Shown here in pieces: positions 37,474-49,647 of a stretch of 64,000 nt of DNA. The translations under genes and the position numbers were made by a program. The first letter of the stretch is position 1. Every line of letters starts with the position of its first letter. Source of the DNA: Acidimicrobiia bacterium (GTDB lineage: Bacteria; Actinomycetota; Acidimicrobiia; Spongiisociales; ZC4RG35). The notes under the pieces were generated by a model, which did not search any database, was not told the origin of the DNA, and was given only the letters and a program-made list of their open reading frames with translations. The stretch lies in NCBI GenBank assembly GCA_025928935.1, contig JAICNB010000008.1:2456-66455 (forward strand). The letters run 5' to 3'.

Positions 37474-37798
37474 CGCCGAACCGGTCGTCGTCGAGGGCGC
37501 GCTCCAGCCACCCCATCAGCTCGCTGTGGGGAACCTCTGCCACCTGGCTGCTGCCGATAAGCACGTAGTCGATCCCTGGTCTCAATTGGACCGCACCGAG
37601 GGTGTGTCGGAGACGGCGTTTGATCCGGTTGCGGGTGACCGCGTTGCCGGTGCTCTTCGAGACTACGAGCCCGACCCGCGATACTCCCGGTACACCGGAG
37701 CATTGCACCATCACGACGCCCCCTGAGCGGCGTCTTGTCCCCTCCTTCAGCACCCGCCGGAAGTCCCGGGGGGAGCGAAGGGATTCGAAGTCAGGCAG
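37466..37798 (-). CDS. rnpA: ribonuclease P protein component
   Basis: [24 protein letters not shown]; in-frame upstream [16 protein letters not shown] suggests a start upstream of GTG 37753, possibly CTG 37798. Confidence 0.88.
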   Translation of the reverse strand: MPDFESLRSPRDFRRVLKEGTRRRSGGVVMVQCSGVPGVSRVGLVVSKSTGNAVTRNRIKRRLRHTLGAVQLRPGIDYVLIGSSQVAEVPHSELMGWLERALDDDRFGDV

Positions 37799-37925
37799 CG
37801 AGACGCTTCCGACCTTTGAGCCGACGCGCTTTGACGATGCTGCGCCCGGCCCGGGTCTGCATGCGATGACGGAAGCCGTGACGGCGCTTTCGCCTTCGAA
37901 CCTTGGGTTGGTAAGTCCTCTTCAT
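37791..37925 (-). CDS. rpmH: 50S ribosomal protein L34
   Basis: Hand translation [44 protein letters not shown] (44 aa); below the ORF track cutoff. Confidence 0.96.
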   Translation of the reverse strand: MKRTYQPKVRRRKRRHGFRHRMQTRAGRSIVKARRLKGRKRLAA

Positions 37926-38155
37926 GACAAAAAAAGGGGGGGTTGGAGAGTGAGTGTCGACAGGTTACGAATCCTCGTCGAACTATGTCAAAGTTCGACA
38001 AGCCCCGCAGCGGGCTCGTCCCCGCTCCGGAGAACCGGGCGGAGCGCGAAGAAACGGGACGGCTCGCGAAAAGAATGCGAGGGGCATGAGACGGATCGTG
38101 AGCTCCGAGAAGCGTGGCAGACCCTGGAAAAACCATATCCTACCTGGGTACTCTC

Positions 38156-38372
38156 TGTGGAAAGAAGGCACCGGACTCTTCCACACCGTCGAATTCCGCG
38201 TTCTTGCGGGGCTGTCATCGAGGGTCGATACTCGCCTGCCTTGACCTTGGGAGCGTGATCGACTTCCTCAGCCATCTTCGGGTGGCTGGACCGCTCTCGC
38301 TGACAAGCTGATGGATGTCCCGGTTGGGTGTTCCACAGCCATTTCCACAGATGTGGATGGATCTGTGGACAA
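38156..38372. promoter_or_regulatory. DnaA box cluster upstream of dnaA
   Basis: TGTGGACAA (38364-38372, perfect reverse TTGTCCACA), plus degenerate TGTTCCACA, ATTTCCACA, TGTGGATGG, TGTGGAAAG and TCTTCCACA. Confidence 0.75.
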
Positions 38373-38394
38373 CTTCCCGGTAGGAGGAGTGGTC

Positions 38395-39792
38395 TTGGTA
38401 CAAGAACATGAGGCGCCGGACGGCTGGGGCCAGTTTCAAGATGTGTTGAGAGCCGGTGTCTCGAAGGCGAACTGGGACACATGGCTCTCCCGGCTGGAGC
38501 CCGATTTCGGCGGTGACAACTTGGCTCTGATCGCACCTAGCGAGTTCCATCTCCGCTGGGTGCGCGACAAACACGGCGATCTCATCGATTCCGCCTATCG
38601 GGACGTCTTTGGCCACGAGACCAGGCCGGTCTTCAAGGTCGTCGAGCCCGAGGCCCTCCCCGAGCAGACCCTGCCCCTCGAGGACCGGGTCGAAGACCGT
38701 CTCGTCGACGCCGAGCGGCGGCTCCCCGTCGTCGACGGCCTCTCCCCCGCCACCAACCTCATCTCCCGGTACCGGTTCGAGAGCTTCGTCGTGGGGCAGT
38801 CGAACCGGTTTGCCTGGGCCGCGGCGATGGCGGTCGCGGAGCAACCCGGAGCGCACTACAACCCGTTGTTCATCTACGGGGGCGCCGGTCTGGGCAAGAC
38901 CCACCTGCTCAACGCCGTGGGTCATCAGGCCCTCGAGATGTACCCGAGCCTCGTCGTGCGCTATGTCTCCTCGGAGAACTTCCTCAACGACTTCATCGAC
39001 TCGATCCGGCGGAAGCGGCCCGACGACTTCAAGCACCGATATCGAGGAGTCGACATCCTCCTCCTCGACGACGTGCAGTTCTTCGAGGGCAAGGAGCAGA
39101 TCCTCGAGGAGTTCTTCCACACCTTCAATTCCCTCTACGAGTCGGGGAAGCAGATGGTCATCAGCTCGGATCGTCATCCGCGCAACCTCTCCTCGCTGGA
39201 GGACCGTCTCCGCAGCCGATTCGAGTGGGGCCTGCTCACCGACATCCAGCCACCCGACGTGGAGACCCGGCTCGCCATCCTGAGACGCAACGCCGAATTC
39301 GCCCCGAGGCCAGTGCCACTGGAGGTGCTCGAGCACATCGCCGGCCTCGTCTCGGACAACATCCGCGAACTCGAGGGCGCCCTCACCCGGGTGACGGCGT
39401 GGTCTGCGTTGAACCGCCGTGACATCGATCTCGAGACGGCGGAGCGGGTGCTGCGGGACATTGTCACCACCGATGAGCTGGTCCCCCTCGGCCCCGACAC
39501 GATCATCCGGGCCACGGCCACCGCCTACGGCTTCACCGTGGAGGACGTCCTCAGCCCGAGCCGGCGCCAGCCCCTGGTCCTGTGCCGTCAGATCTCGATG
39601 TACCTGTGCCGCGAGCTCACCGATCTCTCCCTGCCCAAGATCGGGGAGCATTTCAAACGCGACCACACCACAGTGCTCCACTCGGTCGAGAAGGTGAAGC
39701 GGATCCTCCGCTCCGACCGGGCGGTCTTCGATCGGGTCACCCAACTCACACAGGACCTGAGGAAAGGTGGGGTCATATCCACACGTGTCTGA
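38395..39792 (+). CDS. dnaA: chromosomal replication initiator
   Basis: YNPLFIYGGAGLGKTHL, LLDDVQF, EEFFHTFN, RLRSRF, RELEGA, RDHTTV; AGGAGGA 6 nt before TTG 38395. Confidence 0.98.
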   Translation: MVQEHEAPDGWGQFQDVLRAGVSKANWDTWLSRLEPDFGGDNLALIAPSEFHLRWVRDKHGDLIDSAYRDVFGHETRPVFKVVEPEALPEQTLPLEDRVEDRLVDAERRLPVVDGLSPATNLISRYRFESFVVGQSNRFAWAAAMAVAEQPGAHYNPLFIYGGAGLGKTHLLNAVGHQALEMYPSLVVRYVSSENFLNDFIDSIRRKRPDDFKHRYRGVDILLLDDVQFFEGKEQILEEFFHTFNSLYESGKQMVISSDRHPRNLSSLEDRLRSRFEWGLLTDIQPPDVETRLAILRRNAEFAPRPVPLEVLEHIAGLVSDNIRELEGALTRVTAWSALNRRDIDLETAERVLRDIVTTDELVPLGPDTIIRATATAYGFTVEDVLSPSRRQPLVLCRQISMYLCRELTDLSLPKIGEHFKRDHTTVLHSVEKVKRILRSDRAVFDRVTQLTQDLRKGGVISTRV

Positions 39793-39930
39793 CTTGTCCC
39801 CGGATCAGGCCGTGTATCCCACAGACGATCAACAGACCGATCCACACTCCAAGACCCAAGTCGCACAAGGGAGAATCCGGTTAATCCCCATATCCACAAC
39901 CCCCTACTACCACTAATACTCTTTAGATGA
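39775..39930. other. oriC (dnaA-dnaN intergenic) with DnaA boxes, DnaA-trios and unwinding element
   Basis: Co-oriented ATATCCACA, TTGTCCCCG, CGATCAACA, CGATCCACA, TAATCCCCA and ATATCCACA, then a C-rich run, CTACTACCACTAATACT (trio-like) and an AT-rich tract. Confidence 0.88.
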
Positions 39931-39964
39931 AGTTCAATAGGAGCAGAAGAAGGGACCTCCATCT

Positions 39965-41047
39965 GTGAGAATCCGAGCGCAGCGAGATGATCTCGCCGAC
40001 GTACTCACCCGAGCCAACCGGGCGGTCGGGGCCCGGACCGCCCTGCCGGTGTTGCAGGGGTTGCTGTGCGAGGTGGCGGGGACCACCTTGCGTGTCACCG
40101 GGACCGATCTCGATGTGACCGTGCGCACGTCGGCCGAGGTAGAGGTGATGGAAGAGGGGAGGGCGGTCATCCCGGGCCGGCTCCTCTCGGAAGCGGTTCG
40201 CAAGATGCCCACCGGATCGGTGACCATCGGCGTGAGCGACACCGACATCGAGATCCAGGGCAACGGCCCGCGATTCACCCTGCGCCCACTCACGGTCGAC
40301 GACTTCCCTGTGCAAGAGGACGTGGTTGCCGATGGGGTCGAGGTGGATGGTGAGGAGTTGGCCGAGGCGATCGGCCAGGTCACCATCGCAGCGTCGGGTG
40401 ACGGCGCCCGTCCCATCCTCGGCGGAGTCCTGTTCGAGAGCTCCGATTCCGGTCTTCGCATGGTCGCCACTGACTCCTACCGCCTGGCGAAGCGAGAGCT
40501 GCGTGGCGTCGGGCTGGAGGGGACCGGTCTCGTCCCGGCCCGTGGTCTGCGGGAGCTGCCGAGGTCAATCGGGGCCGCCAAGGTCACCGCTCAGCTTCGC
40601 GAGCGTGAAGCCGTGTTCACCTCGGACAAGGGGATGCTCCGCCTCCGCCTGATCGACGGCAACTTCCCCAAGTACCAATCCCTGCTCCCCGAGAGCTATC
40701 CGAGCCAGGTGGTGATCGACAAGGACGTCCTCCTCGACGCTCTGGGCCGGGTGACCCTGGTGGCCGAGGATCACATCCCGGTGCGGCTGAAACTGATGGA
40801 AGGCGGGGTCGAAGTGGCGGTTACCCGTCAGGACGTCGGGGGAGAGACCGAGCATCTCCCGGGCGTCTTCGAGGGCGCCGAGGACGAGGTCTCTATCGCT
40901 TTCAACCCGCGGTACCTCCAGGACGGAGTGACTGCCATCCACGGTGATTCGGTCCGGATCAGGGTCATCGACGCGTTCAAGCCGAGCGTGATCGACAGCG
41001 GCGCCGAGGACGAGTTCCTCTACCTGCTGATGCCCGTCCGGGTGTGA
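39965..41047 (+). CDS. dnaN: DNA polymerase III beta clamp
   Basis: LPVLQG, GTDLD, VATDSYRLA, RLIDGNFPKY, AFNPRYL, YLLMPVR. Confidence 0.97.
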   Translation: MRIRAQRDDLADVLTRANRAVGARTALPVLQGLLCEVAGTTLRVTGTDLDVTVRTSAEVEVMEEGRAVIPGRLLSEAVRKMPTGSVTIGVSDTDIEIQGNGPRFTLRPLTVDDFPVQEDVVADGVEVDGEELAEAIGQVTIAASGDGARPILGGVLFESSDSGLRMVATDSYRLAKRELRGVGLEGTGLVPARGLRELPRSIGAAKVTAQLREREAVFTSDKGMLRLRLIDGNFPKYQSLLPESYPSQVVIDKDVLLDALGRVTLVAEDHIPVRLKLMEGGVEVAVTRQDVGGETEHLPGVFEGAEDEVSIAFNPRYLQDGVTAIHGDSVRIRVIDAFKPSVIDSGAEDEFLYLLMPVRV

Positions 41048-42169
41048 ATGAAGGTCGACTGGGTCACTCTCGGGAACTTCCGCTCCTATGACACCCTCGA
41101 GTGGGAGCCCGACCCCGGGGTGAACCTCCTGCTGGGGGCGAACGGCGCCGGCAAGACCAACCTGCTCGAGGCAATTGCGTTTCTCTCCACCCTTCGATCG
41201 TTCCGCTCGGTGCCGGACACCGGTCTGATCGGCGACGGAGGGGCAGCCGCGGTGATCAGGGCCGGCGTATCCAGTGGTGATCGCGAGCGGCTGATCGAGG
41301 TCGAACTGTCCCGGGGCGGCCCGCGCCGGGCCCAATTGGAGAAGTCCCGTCTGCAGAAGACCGCCGATCTCCTCGGTGTGATCCGGGTTGTGGCCTTCCT
41401 CCCCGAGGATCTCGACCTCGTCAAGCGCGGCCCGGCCTACCGACGGGACCTTCTCGATGCGGTCGCCGTGCAGCTCTGGGCGGCGGCCCATCACGATCAG
41501 ACCGAGTTGGACCGGGCGCTTCGCCAGCGCAACGCCTTCCTCAAGTCCGGGCTCCGTGACGACACCACTCTGTCGGTCTGGGATGCTCGGCTCGCCCAAT
41601 CCGGGGGTCGGGTGATGTCGCGGCGGGCCCGGGTCATCGAGACGCTCGCCCCCCATCTGGAGATGGCATACGCCGACATCGCAGGCGGGGCGGAGAGGGC
41701 GGCCATCGGCTATGTCGCCTCGTGGGGAGGTGACATCGCTCCTGAGGCCACGGCAGCCGAGTTCACCACCTCCATCATGGAGGCGCTGGAGCGGTCTCGT
41801 CGGGCCGACTACGAGAGACGACTCACCACGGTGGGGCCGCATCGGGACGAACCGGTCCTCTTGCTCGACGGCTCCGACACCAGAACCCATGGCAGCCAGG
41901 GGGAGCAGCGGACGATGGCGCTGGCGGTGAGGCTGGCGGCGCATCGGGCGGTCGCGGACATGACAGGCGAACCACCGGTCCTCCTCCTCGACGACGTCTT
42001 CTCCGAGCTCGACGCGGACCGGTCGGCTGCCCTCGCCAAGACACTGCCCCCCGATACTCAGACCATGATCACCTCGGCCCGGCCCGAGGACGTTCCGGTC
42101 GAAGGCCGGGTATGGCGGGTCGGCGAGGGCCGGGTGAGGCCGGCCGGTGGGGACACCGTGGGGCGATGA
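41048..42169 (+). CDS. recF: DNA replication/repair protein RecF
   Basis: NFRSY, GANGAGKTNLLEA, QRNA, GPHRD, GSQGEQR, LLLDDVFSELD. Confidence 0.96.
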   Translation: MKVDWVTLGNFRSYDTLEWEPDPGVNLLLGANGAGKTNLLEAIAFLSTLRSFRSVPDTGLIGDGGAAAVIRAGVSSGDRERLIEVELSRGGPRRAQLEKSRLQKTADLLGVIRVVAFLPEDLDLVKRGPAYRRDLLDAVAVQLWAAAHHDQTELDRALRQRNAFLKSGLRDDTTLSVWDARLAQSGGRVMSRRARVIETLAPHLEMAYADIAGGAERAAIGYVASWGGDIAPEATAAEFTTSIMEALERSRRADYERRLTTVGPHRDEPVLLLDGSDTRTHGSQGEQRTMALAVRLAAHRAVADMTGEPPVLLLDDVFSELDADRSAALAKTLPPDTQTMITSARPEDVPVEGRVWRVGEGRVRPAGGDTVGR

Positions 42170-42471
42170 GCGAAGGCGACCTGACCTCTTTCCAAACCTC
42201 GATCGAGGAGATGTTCCGCAAGCTGGGGCTGTCCGACCCGATGGCGCTGGCCCGGCTCACCGGTTCCTGGGATGAACTGGCCGGTACCCCATGGGCGGGG
42301 CGATCGAAGCCGCTCTTCATCCAGGGGAAGACGCTCGTCGTGGAGGCTGCGGCCCCTTCGATGGTGGCCTTCCTCAGGTACGGCAGCGCCACTCTCGTCA
42401 CCACTCTCAACGACGTCCTCGGACCTGGTGTGATCGATCGGATCGAGGTCCGCGCCCCGGCCTCGCCGTGA
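42166..42471 (+). CDS. DUF721 / DciA family protein
   Basis: W.ELAG, SKP, LVVEA pattern; recF-DUF721-gyrB synteny; ATGA overlap. Confidence 0.82.
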   Translation: MSEGDLTSFQTSIEEMFRKLGLSDPMALARLTGSWDELAGTPWAGRSKPLFIQGKTLVVEAAAPSMVAFLRYGSATLVTTLNDVLGPGVIDRIEVRAPASP

Positions 42472-42518
42472 TTCTCGAACCCCTTGATTGATTCGTTTTT
42501 GCCAACTAGTCCTTGTAA

Positions 42519-44521
<2,003 letters not shown>

Positions 44522-44522
<1 letters not shown>

Positions 44523-46957
44523 TGACTGCGCAGAACCCACCCGCCGAGGGGATCCCCCAGGTCGAGATCACCGACGAGATGGAGCAGAGCTTCGTCGACT
44601 ACGCGATGTCGGTGATCGTCTCTCGGGCCCTGCCCGACGTGCGTGACGGCCTCAAGCCGGTTCAGCGCCGAATCATCTACTCGATGTTCGAGAACAACAT
44701 CACCTCGAGCTCGGCCCACCGCAAGTGCTCAAAGGTGGTCGGGGACGTGATGGGGAACTACCACCCTCACGGCGACCAGGCGATCTACGACGCACTGGTA
44801 CGCATGGGCCAGGACTTCTCGATGCGACACCTGCTCATCGACCCGCAGGGCAACTTCGGGACCATCGATGATCCGCCCGGGGCCTCCCGTTACACCGAGT
44901 GCCGGCTGACCAAGCTGTCCAACCATCTCCTCGAGGGGATCAAGGAGGACACGGTCGACTTCGAGGACAACTACTCGGGGGAGATGCAGCAGCCGTCCGT
45001 CCTCCCCTCCCGTTTCCCCAACTTGCTGGTGAATGGCTCTCAGGGGATCGCAGTGGGGATGGCGACCAACATCCCGCCACACAACCTCGGGGAGATCATC
45101 GACGCCTGTCTGCATGTCATCGAGAACCCGGACGCCACCGCCGAGGAGCTGTTGCAGTTCGTCAAGGGCCCCGACTTCCCCACCGGTGGCTTCATCGTTG
45201 GCACCGGTGGCATCCGTGACGCCCTGACCACCGGTCGGGGATCGGTCAAGATCAGGGCGGTCTGTGACGTGCAGGAGATCCGCAAAGGCCGCACAGCGAT
45301 CATCGCCACCGAGCTCCCTTATCAGGTGTCGATGGAGCGGATCATCGCCAAGATCAAGGAGCTGGTCGACTCCAGGAAGCTGGAAGGGATCGCCGAAGTC
45401 CGCAACGAGTCCTCCGACCGGGTCGGCACGCGGCTGGTCATCGAGCTGAAGGGCACCGCCGTTCCCCAGGTGGTCCTCAACCAGTTGTTCAAGGGCACCC
45501 CCCTCCAGGACTCATTCGGTTACAACATGGTCTCTCTGGTCGACGGAGTTCCCCGCACCCTCGACCTGGCCCAGATGATCGGCTACTACCTCGACCACCA
45601 GATGGAGGTGGTGGAAAGACGGACCCGATTCCGTCTGGAGGAGGCCCGGGCCCGGGCCCACATCCTCGAGGGCCTCATCATCGCCGTCGACAACATCGAC
45701 GAGGTGATCCAGATCATCCGGGGCTCGTCAGACACCCCGGAGGCGAGATCCAACCTGATCGAGCGCTTCGAGCTCACCGAGATCCAGGCCAACGCCATCC
45801 TCGACATGCCCCTGCGCCGTCTCACTGCTCTCGAGGTCGACAAGCTGCGCACCGAGCTCGCCGAGTTGCACGAGCTGATCGCAGAGCTGGAGTCGATCCT
45901 GGCCGATCCCAAGCGCCGCTGGTCCATCATCCAGGACGAGCTGGGTCAGATCAAGGAGACCTATGGGGAGAATCGTCGGAGCAGGGTCATTCCAGACGAG
46001 GGCGATCTGTCCCTCGAAGACCTGATCGCCGACGACGAGCTGATCGTCACCGTGTCCGAGGCGGGCTACATCAAGTCGGTGCCTGCCTCGACCTACCGGA
46101 CCCAGGGCCGGGGTGGTCGGGGGGTCAAGGCGGCCGAGGTCCAGGGTGAGGACGTGATCAGGCACCTGGTCCACACCACCGCCCACGCATATCTGCTGTT
46201 CTTCACCAACAAGGGCCTCGTCCATCGCCTCAAGGCCCATGCCATCCCGCGTCAATCCCGGACAGCCAAGGGTGTTCTCGCCCAATCCGTCCTCCCCCTC
46301 GGGCCAGAGGAGACAGTCCAGGCCATCATCGACACCAGGGACTATGAGACCGGGCGGTACCTGGTGATGGTGACCAGGAAGGGTGTGGCCAAGAAGACCG
46401 AGTTCAAGGAGTACGACTCGAGGAACCAGACCTTGGTCGCTATCAAGCTGAACGAGGGTGACGAACTGGTCACGGTGCGTACTACCAACGGCGAGAACGA
46501 CCTGCTCATTTTCACCAAGGAGGGGATGGGGATCAGGTTCAAGGAGGCCGATCTGCGCAGCATGGGCCGGGGCACCCAGGGGGTGCGCGGCATCAAGCTA
46601 CGAGAGGGTGACCATGTGGTCTCCGCCGTGTCCAACGTCGAGGGCGACGAAGTGCTCCTCGTCACCTCTGCCGGTTACGGGAAGCGGACTGCCATCAGTG
46701 AGTTCCGGCGCCAGACCCGGGGCGGGATCGGGGTAAGGGCGTTCAAGCTCACCCGTGTCCGGGGAGCGTTGGTCGGGGCCCGCGCCGTCACCAAGGACGA
46801 CGATGTGTTCCTGATCACCTCGGCAGGCGTTGCGATGAGGACCCCGGTGGCCAAGATCAGCAGGCAGAAGCGTGACTCCACCGGCGTCCGGGTCATCGGC
46901 GTTGGCGACGGGACCGAGCTCTCGGCACTCGCCGTGGTCTCCGACGTCGAAGAGTGA
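44522..46957 (+). CDS. gyrA: DNA gyrase subunit A
   Basis: RALPDVRDGLKPV, HPHGD, catalytic RYTE, GyrA box QGRGGRG, beta-pinwheel repeats. Confidence 0.98.
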
Positions 46958-47035
46958 GGGAACCCGACGCCGATGCCAGTCGTTGGTCTAGTGCGGGCAT
47001 CCTTTAGACTGCCCCGGTAATCCCCAGGAGCCCAA

Positions 47036-47545
47036 TTGGCAACTGTTCGACGCGTAAGACGCATCATTCGAAAGATCGACCCCTGGACCGCGCTCAAGGT
47101 CTCGGCTGTGGTCTGGGCCGTGCTCGCCCTGGCCATGGTGCTGGGCGGGGTGATCTTCTGGTCGGTCCTGGAGCGTGCGGGCCTGCCCCAGCGGATCACC
47201 GACTTCATGGTGGAGATCACGCTCATCGACGAAGGGGCTCAGCCCTTCGCAAACGTGGAGCAGTTTTTCCGGGTCATGATCTTCGGATCCGTGGTCTGGT
47301 GGGTGACGATGACCGGGGCCACCGTGGCCGGCGCCATCGTCTACAACCTGGTCTCGGATGTCGTTGGCGGGCTCGAAGTGGTCGTCCTCGAGGAGACGCT
47401 CAACCCGGTGGTGGCGGCCGCTCCCTCACAGGTGCTGCACCCGCCGACCGACTACAAGCCGGGCAACGGCTCGGTGACTCCTCCCCAGGATCACGCCGAC
47501 ATCCCCACCGAGGAAAGCCCCAGGGTCGGCACACCGCGTCCCTGA
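47036..47545 (+). CDS. DUF3566 family membrane protein
   Basis: IRKIDPWTALKVS, YNLVSDVVGGLEV; canonical position after gyrA. Confidence 0.85.
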   Translation: MATVRRVRRIIRKIDPWTALKVSAVVWAVLALAMVLGGVIFWSVLERAGLPQRITDFMVEITLIDEGAQPFANVEQFFRVMIFGSVVWWVTMTGATVAGAIVYNLVSDVVGGLEVVVLEETLNPVVAAAPSQVLHPPTDYKPGNGSVTPPQDHADIPTEESPRVGTPRP

Positions 47546-47599
47546 CCTGTCGCCGGACCGGTCAGAATCTCGGGCCAGTCAGGCATTGCGGGATAGCGG

Positions 47600-48238
47600 C
47601 TACCGGTCGTCGGCCAGCACCAGGCCCATCGCCGATGCGGCTTGCAGATAGGGGAGGGCGCGGTCCCAGACCGCCGCGGGGCTGCCCCCGTCGACGGCAT
47701 CGATCGCGGCGGCCAGGGCGATGCCGGACATGAATGCGCCGTCGTCGACGATGGTCACCATTCGCTCCGAGCCCACCGCGAGACACGCAGCGAACCGGTC
47801 GGGGGGGTGGGCGAGTGCCACCCGACGTCCACCGAAGGTGGCGTCGGCGATCTTGACCGAGCCGACCGGGTCGGGGAAACGCACCTGGTGATCGGAGCCC
47901 TCATCGAATTCGGGATGGGCCGCGGCGACGATTCGAGGATCAGGCTCCCGGGCGGCCATGGCGAGGGCGAGGCCGATGGGGGAGGCCCCCCACACCGTCA
48001 CCCCCTCCTCGGAGGTCTCTCCGTCCCAGAGCAGGGGAACTCCGAGTTTCCGGGCTCGCCCCGGGGCAGCCGGCCCGGAGCCGACCAGGATGTCGCACTC
48101 GGTGGCGTCCGGGACGACCCGGAAGCTCCGACTGCGTGCCGGGCCGATCACCAGAACTTCCTCGACCGGAGGGTGGGCGGCGAGGGAATGGGCGGCCCTG
48201 ACCGCGGTGTCCCCGCTGGCGAGGACGCCGACCTTCAC
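47600..48238 (-). CDS. hypothetical protein with Rossmann-like N-terminus
   Basis: MKVGVLASGDTA start; GC3-rich frame; GTGA overlap with the upstream micro-ORF. Confidence 0.65.
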   Translation of the reverse strand: MKVGVLASGDTAVRAAHSLAAHPPVEEVLVIGPARSRSFRVVPDATECDILVGSGPAAPGRARKLGVPLLWDGETSEEGVTVWGASPIGLALAMAAREPDPRIVAAAHPEFDEGSDHQVRFPDPVGSVKIADATFGGRRVALAHPPDRFAACLAVGSERMVTIVDDGAFMSGIALAAAIDAVDGGSPAAVWDRALPYLQAASAMGLVLADDR

Positions 48239-48354
48239 GAGGGCTCTACTGGTTTCCAGGCCGAATCGGGGATCACCACTTCGGATTCACGACGACGCAT
48301 CAACAGGAAGGCTGCGATGGCTCCGAGGATGATGACGGGGGAGAGGCGCTTCAC
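48235..48354 (-). CDS. 39-aa single-TM microprotein
   Basis: MKRLSPVIILGAIAAFLLMRRRESEVVIPDSAWKPVEPS; TACACT-N6-GTG leaderless signal; stop overlaps the next start. Confidence 0.7.
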   Translation of the reverse strand: MKRLSPVIILGAIAAFLLMRRRESEVVIPDSAWKPVEPS

Positions 48355-48394
48355 GGGGCCAGTGTAAGGCCGGCCGCCAGGCTTCCGGATTCGG

Positions 48395-49627
48395 TCAGAG
48401 CGCCGCCAGGGCCTCCAGGGCGCGGTCGACCTCGGCGACGGTGTTGTAGTGGACGTATCCGATCCGGGCCAGACCCCCGGATTCGAGGGCGCCGAGACGC
48501 TCGACGGCGTTGAGGGCGTAGTAGTGGCCCGACCATATGTAGATGCCCTGAGCGGCCAGACGCGAGGCCACCACGTCTGCGGTCATTCCGTCCACAGAGA
48601 TGGCGAAGGTGGCGACGCGGCCGTCGCCCATCGCAGGCACACCGTGGACTGTCACCCGGCCCAGTCCGGAGACGCCCTCGATGAAGCGAGTGCCCAACCC
48701 CTCTTCGTGTGCGCCGATGTGTCGATACCCAGCCTCGAGGCGGTCCCGCCGGTTGTCGCCCTCACCCAGACCGGCCAGGTAGTCGACCGCCGCCGTAACC
48801 CCGGCGATCGATTCGAAGCTCTGGGTGCCGGTCTCCAGCTTGTCGGGCGGGTCGGACGGGGCGGGCCGGACCTTGTAGAAGTCGAGATCGGCCAGCAGAT
48901 CGAGCTTCCCGTAGAGGATCCCGGTGTGGGGGCCGAAGAACTTGTAGGAGGAGGCCACCAGGAAATCACAGTCGATGGAGCGGACGTCGAGGAGTCGATG
49001 TGGCCCGGCATGGACCGCGTCGAGGTAGACCAGGGCCCCAGCCTCATGTGCCATCCGGGTGACGGCGGCTACGTCGACGACTGTCCCGATGGCGTTGGAG
49101 GCGACGCAAGTGGCGACCAGGCGCACCCTCTCGTCGAGCAGCTCGCCAACCGCGTCCGGTTCGAGGACACCAGTGGCAGGGTCGAACTCGGCGATGCGAA
49201 TGTCCGCTCCGGCATCGTGGGCGGCCCGCACCCAGGGGGTGAAGTTGGCGTCGTGGTCGAGACTGGTCACGACGATGGCGTCACCGGGCTGCCAGGAGCG
49301 AGAGATGGCCCTGCTCACCGCAAAGGTGATGCTGGTCATGTTCTGACCGAAGGAGATCTCACCGGCGTCACAGGCGAAGAGATCGGCCATTGCCTCCCGG
49401 CCCTGGGCCAACGCCTCCTCGGCATCATGTGACGCACCGAACCCACCTCCGAGATTGCTCACCCCGTGTTCGAGGACACCACTCACGGCGTCGATGACCG
49501 GTTGTGGGACCTGGGTGCCACCCGGGCCATCGAGATAGGCGACGGGGTGGCCGTGCTCACGCCGGTGCAGGGCGGGGAACATGGCTCTGGTCGCCTCGAC
49601 GTCGAGACCGGGATGTGGGCCCGTCAT
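48395..49627 (-). CDS. cysteine desulfurase-like class V PLP enzyme (VC1184 subfamily)
   Basis: YLDGPGGTQVP, FGQNMT, LDHDAN, DAVH, SSYKFFGPH, ETGT, HYNT. Confidence 0.9.
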   Translation of the reverse strand: MTGPHPGLDVEATRAMFPALHRREHGHPVAYLDGPGGTQVPQPVIDAVSGVLEHGVSNLGGGFGASHDAEEALAQGREAMADLFACDAGEISFGQNMTSITFAVSRAISRSWQPGDAIVVTSLDHDANFTPWVRAAHDAGADIRIAEFDPATGVLEPDAVGELLDERVRLVATCVASNAIGTVVDVAAVTRMAHEAGALVYLDAVHAGPHRLLDVRSIDCDFLVASSYKFFGPHTGILYGKLDLLADLDFYKVRPAPSDPPDKLETGTQSFESIAGVTAAVDYLAGLGEGDNRRDRLEAGYRHIGAHEEGLGTRFIEGVSGLGRVTVHGVPAMGDGRVATFAISVDGMTADVVASRLAAQGIYIWSGHYYALNAVERLGALESGGLARIGYVHYNTVAEVDRALEALAAL

Positions 49628-49647
49628 CGGGCGTTGTGTAGCAGCCG

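Noticed and set aside
37929-37942. A7G7 homopolymer upstream of rpmH as a phase-variation tract
   Set aside because: Short, non-coding and in front of an essential ribosomal gene
38215-39744. Long antisense and alternate-frame ORFs (this 509-aa one; also 4195-5754, 6323-7741, 23132-24439, 40565-41944)
   Set aside because: They shadow well-supported genes, lack family motifs, and are expected in high-GC coding DNA
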